From sequence record SRR20825019_493: DNA of 40,473 nucleotides; one strand, given 5' to 3'. The notes under the pieces are model-generated. The model had not been told where the DNA came from, did not search any database, and worked only from the letters and a program-made list of their open reading frames with translations. Below, piece after piece: positions 1-9,263 of this stretch (position 1 is the stretch's first letter; every line of letters begins with the position of its first letter). The translations under genes were made by a program, and so were the position numbers.

Positions 1-27
1 CGGCTCACCGGGGACGGTTCGCCCTAC
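1..27 (-). repeat. GTAG-tagged REP-like palindrome (GTRG-8-GTCCCN-8 family)
   Basis: Minus strand reads GTAG GGCGAACC GTCCCC GGTGAGCC. It has the same layout and loop as the copies at 6647, 9264 and 35221. Confidence 0.7.
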
Positions 28-72
28 CTGAGATTCGGGGTCGGAGCGGTTTTACGCCGCGAAAGCAATGAA

Positions 73-227
73 GGCCAAACTTTCACCCGCCCTGCGGGTT
101 CAAGATTCGGCTACAAGGGTCGGTCAAACATTCTCTGCGTTCATGATTCGGCTACGGGCTTGAGGCTCGGCAACTAAGGGATGGGTAGCCGAAGATGAAT
201 CCTGCTAAGCAGGTTGAATCTTTGGCC
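73..227. repeat. Cluster of three GTAGCCGAA-family REPs (73-114 minus, 122-155 minus, 185-227 plus)
   Basis: ggccaaactttcacccgccctgcgggttcaagattcggctac; ggtcaaacattctctgcgttcatgattcggctac; gtagccgaagatgaatcctgctaagcaggttgaatctttggcc. All resemble the RAYT-flanking repeats at 32253-33049. Confidence 0.85.
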
Positions 228-280
228 GGTATCCGCTTTTCAGCCTTTCAGTTTTTCAGACGTTCCGTCTTTCTCACCTC

Positions 281-1516
281 ATGCCCTGGCCACTCTACCT
301 CGCGTTTAAGCAACTCTTCCCCTCGGGGAAGAAGTTTCCGTTTTTTACGGCGGTTTCGGTGCTGGGCGTGGCGTTGGGCGTGGCACTGCTCCTTGTCTCG
401 GTGAGCGTAATGGGAGGATTTGGGCATCAGATTCGCCAGATGATCGTCGATACGCAGGGCGAGATTCAGGTGCGCGGTTACGGATTGCTCAACCAGCCCG
501 AGGCGTTGCAGGAAAAGATTGAGAGCGTGCCCGGCGTCGTCGCGTCAACGGCGTTTGCCGAAGGCGTGGCGATGATCGAATATAACCGGCAACCGGTTTA
601 CCCGATGATTCAGGGAATCGATATCGATCGCGTGGAGGACGTGGTGCCGTTGCGACGTTTCGTGCGGGTAGGCGAACTCGAAGATCTCGACGACGATTCG
701 GTGATTCTGAGCGCCCAACTGGCGATTTCTCTCGGCGCCCGGATGGGCAGCATGATCGAGGTGTATTCACCGTTACTTCTGGATCGTATGAAGCGCGACG
801 AAGTGATGCTGCCACGCGAGCTGGAGGTGGTGGGGATCTTCGAAATCGGGCATCAACAGCTCGATAGCTCGGTGGTGCTGGTGACTCTGCGCACGATGCA
901 GGATCTCTACGGTCTCGGAAATGCCGTGCACGGCGTGAATGTGAAACTGGCGCCGGATGTCGATGTCGATGCGACTGTCACGAAAATCAATCAGGTTATC
1001 AGTCGCGATTCGAATGCCGACGCGCGTTCGTGGATAGAGGCCAATCAGGACTTTCTCTTCGTGCTCCAGTTGGAGAAGAACATGATCTTCTTCCTGCTCA
1101 CGTTTATCATCATCGTGGCGGCGTTTTCCGTGACGAGTTCGCTGCTGATCTCGGTGGTTCGGAAAACCCGGGAGATCGGCTTGCTCGGCGCGTTGGGGGC
1201 GAGTCCGCGCGAGGTCGCGGCCTGTTTTTGTTTTCAGGGCTTCTTCATCGGGTTGACGGGCACGGTCGTAGGACTGGCGCTCGGGCGAACCTTCCTGTAT
1301 TTCCGCAACGACATGATTCGGATCTTCACGGAATTGACGGGAAGCGAGGAAGTGCTCGCCCGTTTCTATCAATTCAGCCAGTTGCCGTCCTACACCTCGC
1401 GGGATGATCTGATGCTGATCATCGTCTGTGCGGTGGTTATCTCGACATTGGCCGGGCTGCTGCCGGCATGGCGGGCGGCCAAACTCAAACCGGTGGAGGC
1501 GTTGCGTAGTGAATAA
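281..1516 (+). CDS. lolE: Lipoprotein-releasing ABC transporter permease, LolC/LolE(LolF) family
   Basis: N-terminal SVLGVALGVALLLVSVSVMGGF, KTREIGLLGALGA and C-terminal PAWRAAKLKPVEALRSE are typical of LolC/E. It lies directly upstream of a LolD-like ATPase. Confidence 0.88.
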   Translation: MPWPLYLAFKQLFPSGKKFPFFTAVSVLGVALGVALLLVSVSVMGGFGHQIRQMIVDTQGEIQVRGYGLLNQPEALQEKIESVPGVVASTAFAEGVAMIEYNRQPVYPMIQGIDIDRVEDVVPLRRFVRVGELEDLDDDSVILSAQLAISLGARMGSMIEVYSPLLLDRMKRDEVMLPRELEVVGIFEIGHQQLDSSVVLVTLRTMQDLYGLGNAVHGVNVKLAPDVDVDATVTKINQVISRDSNADARSWIEANQDFLFVLQLEKNMIFFLLTFIIIVAAFSVTSSLLISVVRKTREIGLLGALGASPREVAACFCFQGFFIGLTGTVVGLALGRTFLYFRNDMIRIFTELTGSEEVLARFYQFSQLPSYTSRDDLMLIIVCAVVISTLAGLLPAWRAAKLKPVEALRSE

Positions 1517-1554
1517 GGGAGGGCAGAAACACTGCTGAGCTGAAAGACTGAACC

Positions 1555-2223
1555 ATGATGAACCGAGAAGCCTTACCGATTTTATCAGCTCACGATGTGC
1601 GCAAGACTTTCCTCAGCGGCGAACGCCCGATTGAGGTGTTGCGTGGTGTCTCCCTGAACATTGCGGCTGGCGAGAGTGTGAGTATTCGCGGCGAATCCGG
1701 CTCAGGTAAATCGACGTTGCTCCATCTGCTCGCGCGACTCGATGAGCCGGATAGCGGATCGATTTCGTGGGGCGGCTCCGTGGCCCTGCCAGCCAGCTCG
1801 CGCGCGACGTTTCTGGGGATGGTTTTCCAATCGTTTTATCTGATTCCGGAAATGGATGCCCTGGCCAACGTGCTGATGGCTGCGCGGATTCGGGGCGGTC
1901 TCGATGGCGACGCCAAGCTGCGGGCGAAGGATCTGCTGGCCAAAGTGGGACTCGCCGATCGCGGGCATCATCTGCCGGGTCAGCTGTCAGGTGGTGAGCG
2001 TCAACGCGTGGCGGTGGCCCGATCCCTGATGAATAAGCCGCAACTCATTCTGGCAGATGAACCTACGGGTAATCTCGACGAGCGCACCGGCGATGCGGTG
2101 ATCCAGTTATTGCTCACGCTTTGCCGGGAAACAGATACTGCGTTAGCACTTGTTACTCATAATGTTGCACATGCTTCACAATGCGCGGATCAGCTGCTCT
2201 TGCATGAAGGCCGTCTCGCTTGA
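1555..2223 (+). CDS. lolD: Lipoprotein-releasing ABC transporter ATP-binding protein
   Basis: Walker [10 protein letters not shown], signature [26 protein letters not shown]; adjacent to the LolE-like permease. Confidence 0.85.
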   Translation: MMNREALPILSAHDVRKTFLSGERPIEVLRGVSLNIAAGESVSIRGESGSGKSTLLHLLARLDEPDSGSISWGGSVALPASSRATFLGMVFQSFYLIPEMDALANVLMAARIRGGLDGDAKLRAKDLLAKVGLADRGHHLPGQLSGGERQRVAVARSLMNKPQLILADEPTGNLDERTGDAVIQLLLTLCRETDTALALVTHNVAHASQCADQLLLHEGRLA

Positions 2224-2301
2224 ATCAAAGGCAACAGTTTCGTGAAATCCGGGCGAGTAATGCAGGTTGACTCATTAGAATAGGGTGTTAACCCTATAAG
2301 T

Positions 2302-5300
2302 GTGAAGCGGTGCCTATTAGATTTAGTGAGTGCCCGCGTGCAGCGTATTTTTCGTTGGGCGGTGCTTCTAACGGGTGCAGTTGGGGGAGCGGGACTTTTG
2401 GGGCAGGTGACCGTGACATCGGATTTTAAAGGCACCACAGAGGCGGGTTGGATCTTTGGTGGTTCCGGAGGTTCCACCGATCCCTACCTCACGGCTAACA
2501 CTGTGGATACGGATGGCACGGGTTGGCTGCGGATGACGGAAAACACCGCCAATCAAGCGACATATGCTTTGTTCGATTCGGAAATATTTTCGGTGAATGC
2601 GCAGATCGAGATCGAGATGGAATACGCATTTTGGAACGGCTCGGGAGCAGATGGTATATCCTTCTTCCTGGTTGATGGGGAAATTGATTCGGGAACTTTC
2701 AGTCCGGGGGCCTATGGCGGTTCCATGGGTTATGCCCAGAAGACTTTAGCTGGAGGAGGCGAAGCGGATATTGATGGGATGGCCGGTGGCTACCTTGGTT
2801 TCGCACTGGATAACTGGGGTAATTTTTCGAATGGAAACGAAGGTAGAAATGGTGGCATTACGAATGATGGCACCCTTTACGCCAATCGCGTGGCGGTGCG
2901 CGGTCCGGAAAGCAGTGGTTATGAGTATATTGATTCGAGTGCTCCGCTCCAATCGCTCAGCGGCGGCGGGCAAATGGACTTTCCCACGGCGACATCGCGC
3001 CCCGACCAGAGCGGGGCGGACTATCGTTCGTTCAAGATTACTCTCGATGCGAACAATCAGCTGACGGTCGAGATGAAATTCGGAGCGAGCTCAAATTTCA
3101 TCACAGCCTTTGAGGCCGATCTCTCGACCTACGATCGTCCGGATACTTTTAAGATTGGTTTCACGGGGGCGACCGGTGGTGCCAATGAAATCCACGAAAT
3201 TCGGAATCTCGAAGTGACGATGAGCCCTTGGCAGCCTGACGCCTTCGAATGGGATGACGGCGCGGGTAACAGCAACTGGAGCAGCGACAATAATTGGGTG
3301 GCCAACGCGGAGCCCTCACCGAGTGCCGACGTCCTTTTTGGCGACGCCCCCCTGACCGGCTCGACGCAGAATCTGACGATGGATGGCGACAAGACGGTGC
3401 GTTCGATGACCTTTGATTCGGATCTTAATTACAACATCAACGGATCGGATACCCTGACGATGGGTGATGTGGTCCAAGCAGGCCTGCCGTCGATCAACGT
3501 CAACGATTACAACGGCTCGCAGGCGCAGCATCATATCAACGTGGATATCGACGTAGTCGAGGAACTGCGGATCAACAATTACTCGTTCAGCACCCTCTGC
3601 CTCAACGGTTCGATGGACACCAATGGGAATGAGATCGATGTGAATGGCACCGGCGCGGTGAACTTCAACGGCGATATCATCGGCTCGGGTGATCTGAATA
3701 AAAACGGCTCCGGCATCACCACGATCAATAACGACAATTCCGATGGCTCGGCCTGGACCGGCGACGTGACGATCAACGGCGGTATGGTTGTCGTAACCAC
3801 CGATGGAGCGCTTGGTTCGACCGGCGGTGACACGACGGTCAACAATGGCGGCACGCTCGCATTTCGTGCGCCGACCACAAGCAGTAGTGTGGACTACAGC
3901 ACGAATGAATCGGTGACGATCAGTGGCAACGGCGTGTCTTACGGCAACGAAGGCTACGCCGGCGCGATCTTCAATGATGGTGGCAATAATAACTTCGATG
4001 GCACGGTAACCCTCGCCGGAAATGCGGGGATCGGTTCGCGTGATGGAGTGCTGACTTTCAACAGCTCGATCGAAGAAACCGGTGGTCAACAAAGTCTCAC
4101 CAAGCTGGGCAACGGCGTCGTCGTCCTCAATGATGTTTCCAACTACACCGGCGATACGATCATCGAAGGAGGCGTGCTGCGAATCACGGGTTCCTCATCC
4201 AACAATCTTTCCGGCGGATTTGTGACGAACAATACCGGTGATGATGTCGGCAGCCTGATCTTCAACGGCGGTGTCCTGGAAATCGGTCGCAACAGCAGCT
4301 TCACGCGCAGTGTGGGCACCGGAGAAGAGCAAGTGCAATGGACCGGCGACGGTGGCTTTTCCGCCTACGGCGGCGACCGCACCGTGAATCTCACGGGTGG
4401 CACGATGACTTGGGATTCGGGTAGCTTTGTGCCGGACGGCAATGCGCTCCTGCTCAGCTCAAATTACGCGGATAGCACGATCGATTTTCAAAATAATATC
4501 AACTTTGGCGGCGACCAACGCGAAGTGCGCGTGACCAACGGCTCCGCGACTGTCGATGGGGAACTCTCCGGCGACCTGAGCAATGGTGGACTCGTCAAAA
4601 CCGGTGAGGGAACCCTCGATCTGACTGGCTCGAACAACTACTCCGGAGATACGGAGATTCAAGGGGGCGCGCTGCGCGGCACCCTCTCTGGAAATAGCAA
4701 CCTCGTGCTCAACGGTGGCGTCCGCGAACTCAGTGCTGATTTTACCGGCAACCTCGGCACCGGTGGTGGCGAGGTGCGCTGGACGGGAGACGGCGGCTTC
4801 TCCGCCGAGGGATCGGATCGCACCGTGCGACTGAACAACAGCACTGCGGCAGTGACCTGGGGCTCGACGACAAACTTCCTCGGTGACGGGGATACCCTGA
4901 TCCTCGGCTCGCAAAGTGCGAACCGCACCCTGATCTTTGATACCGCGATCAACCTCGGCGGGGCCGACCGCACGATCAAAGTCGTTGACGGCAGCGATGC
5001 GACCGACGCGCAGCTTAATCAAGTGTTGAGCAACGGCAGTCTGACCGTGGAAGGAGAGGGCAATCTTTCCCTGCAGAGTAATAGCACGCTGGCGGGGTCA
5101 GTTACCGTGGAAGGGGCTACCCTCACGATTGAGAATGGTGGGGCCATCGATTCGATTTCCAGTCTGAGCATTCAGCAGGGCGGCACGATCAAAGTGGACT
5201 ACAGCGCCATTGCAGACAACAACCGCATCAACAGAAGGGATGTCAATCTGAACGGGGGCACTTTTGCGATAGAGGGGAGAACAGACAATTCCAATACAAC

Positions 5301-6549
5301 GGAAAGAGTCGCTTCCATCAATATGACGGGAGGTGCCAATACGATCGATATCATCAATAACCGGGCGAACCGATTTACCCGTATCCGGGCCGACGAGCTT
5401 ACCCGCGCGAATAACGCTACGATTGATTTTACCAACTCTGAAACCACAAACGGCACTTACAGCAACAACGGCAGTAATCCCCGTTTTCAGTTCATGGTCT
5501 CAAGTCCCACGACCGACGACGGCATTCTCGCCTACGCGACGGTTAATGGCACCAGTTTTGCCGGTATCACCAGTAATCACCTCACGGCCTATAGCAGCAC
5601 CAACACCGGGCAGGGGAGCTGGGGCGCGACGACCAACGCGGCCAACAGCTCCGATCAGACCCTGACCGGTAATCGCGACGTGAATTCTCTGATTCTGGAG
5701 AGCGGGCGCGACATCGATCTCAACACCAACACACTCGATATCAACAGCGGTGGTCTGCTCTCTTTCGGCGCGGCCGAAAGCACGATTTCGGACGGCACAC
5801 TGACGGCAGGCGGCAGCGGTGGTGGCGAACTGATCGCTCACATCTATGGTGAAGGTGGTCTCGATATCAATGCGGTGATCGCCGACGACGGCGTGGGTGA
5901 AGTGAGCCTCACCAAAACCGGCGACGGACAGCTCACCCTTTCCGGATCATTCGCCAATACCTTTACCGGCGATGTCGTCATCAACGATGGCACGCTTACC
6001 CTGGCCAAGGATGCGAATGTCACCGCAATCAACGGCGATATCAGCGTGGGGGACGGTCGTGGCACCGACATCCTGCAGATCAGCAACGACGAACAGATCG
6101 CCGATACTTCCGACCTGACTCTCTTCGGCAGCGAATACGGTGGAGAAACGATTCTGCAGTTCAACGGCACCGATGGTGCGGGCGTCACGGAAACCCTCGG
6201 CGATCTCACGATCGACGGCGTGGCGGTGATCGACTTCGCCGGAGGCAATCCCTGCGATGCGAATTATCTCTACCTCGATGATCTGCTGATGAGCAGTGCC
6301 GATTCCACGCTGTTTATCCGCAATTGGATCGATTTCACCGATTTCCTTCTCGTGCGTAACACATCGGATATCGGTGCGGTGCTCTCCCAGGTAGTCTTCG
6401 AAGGATACGGCACGGCCTCCTATTGGCAGGAGTATGATGATAACTACAACGTGATCCGCCCCGTGCCCGAACCCTCGACCTACGGCGCGATCCTCATGAC
6501 AGTGGGACTGAGTCTCTGGTTCTGGCGCCGTCGCCGCATCGCGAGTTAA
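2302..6549 (+). CDS. PEP-CTERM surface protein with an N-terminal L-type-lectin/ConA-like domain and autotransporter-associated beta-strand repeats
   Basis: Signal-like N-terminus; GADGISFFL and KIGFTGATGG lectin-like motifs; repeated LTKxGxGxLxLxGxNxYTGxTxIxxGxL units; C-terminal VPEPSTYGAILMTVGLSLWFWRRRR. Exact start uncertain. Confidence 0.88.
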   Translation: MKRCLLDLVSARVQRIFRWAVLLTGAVGGAGLLGQVTVTSDFKGTTEAGWIFGGSGGSTDPYLTANTVDTDGTGWLRMTENTANQATYALFDSEIFSVNAQIEIEMEYAFWNGSGADGISFFLVDGEIDSGTFSPGAYGGSMGYAQKTLAGGGEADIDGMAGGYLGFALDNWGNFSNGNEGRNGGITNDGTLYANRVAVRGPESSGYEYIDSSAPLQSLSGGGQMDFPTATSRPDQSGADYRSFKITLDANNQLTVEMKFGASSNFITAFEADLSTYDRPDTFKIGFTGATGGANEIHEIRNLEVTMSPWQPDAFEWDDGAGNSNWSSDNNWVANAEPSPSADVLFGDAPLTGSTQNLTMDGDKTVRSMTFDSDLNYNINGSDTLTMGDVVQAGLPSINVNDYNGSQAQHHINVDIDVVEELRINNYSFSTLCLNGSMDTNGNEIDVNGTGAVNFNGDIIGSGDLNKNGSGITTINNDNSDGSAWTGDVTINGGMVVVTTDGALGSTGGDTTVNNGGTLAFRAPTTSSSVDYSTNESVTISGNGVSYGNEGYAGAIFNDGGNNNFDGTVTLAGNAGIGSRDGVLTFNSSIEETGGQQSLTKLGNGVVVLNDVSNYTGDTIIEGGVLRITGSSSNNLSGGFVTNNTGDDVGSLIFNGGVLEIGRNSSFTRSVGTGEEQVQWTGDGGFSAYGGDRTVNLTGGTMTWDSGSFVPDGNALLLSSNYADSTIDFQNNINFGGDQREVRVTNGSATVDGELSGDLSNGGLVKTGEGTLDLTGSNNYSGDTEIQGGALRGTLSGNSNLVLNGGVRELSADFTGNLGTGGGEVRWTGDGGFSAEGSDRTVRLNNSTAAVTWGSTTNFLGDGDTLILGSQSANRTLIFDTAINLGGADRTIKVVDGSDATDAQLNQVLSNGSLTVEGEGNLSLQSNSTLAGSVTVEGATLTIENGGAIDSISSLSIQQGGTIKVDYSAIADNNRINRRDVNLNGGTFAIEGRTDNSNTTERVASINMTGGANTIDIINNRANRFTRIRADELTRANNATIDFTNSETTNGTYSNNGSNPRFQFMVSSPTTDDGILAYATVNGTSFAGITSNHLTAYSSTNTGQGSWGATTNAANSSDQTLTGNRDVNSLILESGRDIDLNTNTLDINSGGLLSFGAAESTISDGTLTAGGSGGGELIAHIYGEGGLDINAVIADDGVGEVSLTKTGDGQLTLSGSFANTFTGDVVINDGTLTLAKDANVTAINGDISVGDGRGTDILQISNDEQIADTSDLTLFGSEYGGETILQFNGTDGAGVTETLGDLTIDGVAVIDFAGGNPCDANYLYLDDLLMSSADSTLFIRNWIDFTDFLLVRNTSDIGAVLSQVVFEGYGTASYWQEYDDNYNVIRPVPEPSTYGAILMTVGLSLWFWRRRRIAS

Positions 6550-6646
6550 GGTATCGTTCAACTCTCACTTGGCTTGTCCCCGGAAGACCGGGTAAGGAGA
6601 GGTCTCGCGACGAGTCCGATCTGATCTGTTGCAAATGATCGCGCAG

Positions 6647-6672
6647 GTGGAGGCGGTTGTCCCTCACCGCCT
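6647..6672 (+). repeat. GTGG-tagged REP-like palindrome (GTCCCN-loop family)
   Basis: GTGG AGGCGGTT GTCCCT CACCGCCT. Confidence 0.7.
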
Positions 6673-6974
6673 TGGTTTGGAGGACGGTGCTCCACCACGA
6701 AACACTCAAACGGTTAGAGGGATGAGATTGGCCACAGAGGCCCGGAGGATGGAGACCTGCCTTTTAAATCGTCGCGCTCGTCGCGAGACCATTGCGTTGG
6801 TAGGATGGTGCTTTTCAGGAAATTGATTCGTGATAATCGCGAGGTCCCCGATCTGCCCGAAAACAGTGCACCGCGCGCGAATCGCAGATTCACAACGCCG
6901 CCCATGCCAAACGCAGTGTGCGCGGGCACCTCCTCCGCGACGGCGTAATGGTGTAAGTAGAAATGGTCTTCTTC

Positions 6975-7586
6975 TTATCCCACGACCAGCCAGAGCGCGA
7001 CGGCGAACATCAGTCCGGCTGCGATCCGGTTTAGTCCCTGACCCCAGCCTTTCTCGGTCAGATAGCCACGGAGGACGCGACCGCCCGTGGCGTAGATCAA
7101 CAGACAGCAGAACTCGATGATCACCATCGCGCAGAGCAGAATGGCCGCCTGTGGGGCCAGGGGTTGGTCCGGATTGATAAATGGAGGAAAGAGTGCCGTG
7201 AGAAAGATCCAGGCTTTCGGATTGGCGGCGGCGGTGACGAACCCGGTGGAAATCAGACGCGAGGCTTGGACAGTGACGGAATCGATGCGGAGGGATACCC
7301 GGCTGGCCGACTTCCACATCCGGATCGCCGACCAGACCAGAAAGACGGCCCCGGCTAGTTTCGCGGCGGTAAAGGCTCCCGGTGCTTGCGACATGAGAGT
7401 GCCAATCCCACCCAATGCCGCTATTCCCACCAAGGTCAGCCCTGCCAATTCCCCCAGCATCATCCAGAGGGTTCGACGCACACCGATATTGATCCCGAGG
7501 GACAGTGACAGGGTCATGCAGAGCCCGGGACTCAACGAGATCAGAAAAAAACTGAAGCAAAATGCGAGTAGCTGGGTGGGGTTCAT
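6975..7586 (-). CDS. LysE/RhtB family amino-acid exporter
   Basis: LSPGLCM near the N-terminus, KLAGAVFLVW, AAANPKAWIF motifs; 203 aa, hydrophobic. Confidence 0.9.
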   Translation of the reverse strand: MNPTQLLAFCFSFFLISLSPGLCMTLSLSLGINIGVRRTLWMMLGELAGLTLVGIAALGGIGTLMSQAPGAFTAAKLAGAVFLVWSAIRMWKSASRVSLRIDSVTVQASRLISTGFVTAAANPKAWIFLTALFPPFINPDQPLAPQAAILLCAMVIIEFCCLLIYATGGRVLRGYLTEKGWGQGLNRIAAGLMFAVALWLVVG

Positions 7587-7667
7587 GCGATCCGGTTCGG
7601 ATTAAATGTGATCACTCGGAATCGCGTGAACAAGCTGTATCCCGTTACGGGGAGACTGGCTCGGTCA

Positions 7668-8264
7668 TCACAGCTTTGAGGACTTCCTTGTTTCGGCGAG
7701 AATCGTGACACCACCAGACATCACGAATAAGCTGATTCCCGCGCCGACGATCAGGTCGGGCCATCTGCTCTGGGAAAAGTAGACGAGGACAGCCGCCAGA
7801 ATGACTCCGATATTTGCCACCACATCACTGCGGGTGAAAATCCAACTGGCCTGGAGATGGACTTCGCGCTTCTTCTGTCGTGAGAGCAGAATCAGGCAGT
7901 AGGAATTCGCGACCAAGGCGACGACTGAAATCCCGAGCATCAACCATGAGCTTGGTTCGCTACCCGACACGGCGCGACGTCCGACATCCAACAAAATACT
8001 GAAGGCGAGGGCGATTTGGAACCAACCACTGGCTTTGGCCGCTCCGATCTTCACCGAACGGGTGGCTCCCACGGCGTATAACGAGATACCGTAAACCAGA
8101 CAATCGGCCAACATGTCGATTGCATCAGCGATTACCCCCGAAGAGTCGGCGAAGACCCCGATGGCGAGTTCCGAAACAAACATCACCGCGTTGATCGCCA
8201 AGAGGATTTTTAGGACTGACTTTTGGGCGGAGGTTTCTGGCTCAAGATGGCAGTCGCAGTTCAT
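7668..8264 (-). CDS. Cation efflux (CDF/CzcD-like) membrane-domain-only transporter
   Basis: LLAINAVMFVSE, ADAIDMLAD, ASWIFTRSDVVANIGV, WPDLIVG motifs; Cys/His-rich N-terminus (MNCDCH). Confidence 0.85.
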   Translation of the reverse strand: MNCDCHLEPETSAQKSVLKILLAINAVMFVSELAIGVFADSSGVIADAIDMLADCLVYGISLYAVGATRSVKIGAAKASGWFQIALAFSILLDVGRRAVSGSEPSSWLMLGISVVALVANSYCLILLSRQKKREVHLQASWIFTRSDVVANIGVILAAVLVYFSQSRWPDLIVGAGISLFVMSGGVTILAETRKSSKL

Positions 8265-8358
8265 GTTAGTGGTGCTGAATGTTGTGATTAAATATCACTC
8301 AGAACGTCATAGTGAGGGTGGTATCAGCCGTTGCCTCAACTGCCTTGTTCGGCAATTG

Positions 8359-9028
8359 TCAAAAAACCTTACTGATCATCCAGATTGCCATAGCGATCAT
8401 CATGAGGTTCTCGGTAAGAGAAATGAAACCGAGAGGAACGCTGCTGTCACTGCCCACACAAGCGCACTTAAGATCGCGCTTTTGAATGTAGACTGCCTTG
8501 ATAATTGAGACGGCGCCGATGCTACTGGACAGCAGCACGATGGGACCGACAACCCAAGTGAAAAGACCGGCGATCATGAGAATGCCGCCGCCTGCCTCAA
8601 TACAGGCATACACGTAGGCATAGGGCACATAACGTTGAGCCAGCAGGTCGTATTGGACGAAGCCGGTAGCGTAGCCCTTCAAGTCCCGTAACTTTTGGAT
8701 TCCAAGTGCACACATACTGAAGGCTATGAATAACTCTGCCACCCGAATCGCGGATAAGCTCCCGAGGATCGCCCTCTTCGGGATCGGAGCGCAGGCCAAG
8801 GTGTTCCCTAAGCTCGTCATAACCTCCTAAGCGTTTGCCTTCGATGAAGATTTGAGGGGTCTCGTCTACATCGTTGTCATCCTTGTATTGTTGGTTCGCC
8901 TCCAAGGTTTCGATGTGGTGATCCGTCACATCGAAACCATAGCGCTTCAGAAGGTCTAACGCTTTGATCCCCCATGGACAGAGGTGATTGGGCGTCACCA
9001 TACGGTAGATTGTTGCTTTCTTACCCAT
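8359..9028 (-). pseudogene. Glutaredoxin-MauE/DoxX fusion membrane protein, frameshifted near 8772
   Basis: The N-half (from ATG 9028) has HLCPWG, TPQIFIEGKRLGGYDEL. The C-half in another frame has FIAFSMC, YDLLA, LKCACVG and SLTENLMM. These halves are normally one ORF. Confidence 0.8.
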
Positions 9029-9112
9029 GAATTCTTTCTTCCGAATAGTGTTATTCAGCCTAATTGAGGTGGGGTTCATATTGGAATTTCGGGATAATAA
9101 TAGGGCAATCGT

Positions 9113-9146
9113 GGATTGCCGCTTCGTTTTGTTCCTCGCAATGACG
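9113..9146 (-). repeat. CGTC-tagged palindromic repeat (CGTCATTGCGAG...GCAATCC type)
   Basis: Minus strand reads CGTCATTGCGAGGAACAAAACGAAGCGGCAATCC. A remnant of an inverted partner (GGCAATC) lies at 9104-9110. Confidence 0.7.
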
Positions 9147-9263
9147 GAGGGGGGCGTGGGTTACCGTGTTGCGAACGTCGCGAGACCTATACGTGGTGCT
9201 GGCTGAAATGAATGGAGGTTTCCACTCTGCAGTAATGACCGGGTGTCGGAGGTGGGTTGTTCG

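Noticed and set aside
40-62. GTCGGAGCGGTTTTACGCCGCGA, resembling Pseudomonas-type GTAGGAGCGG REPs
   Set aside because: Single copy with a mutated tag. Plausible, but not supportable from this window alone.
73-227. CRISPR array
   Set aside because: Repeats are degenerate, in mixed orientation and irregularly spaced, and there are no cas genes.
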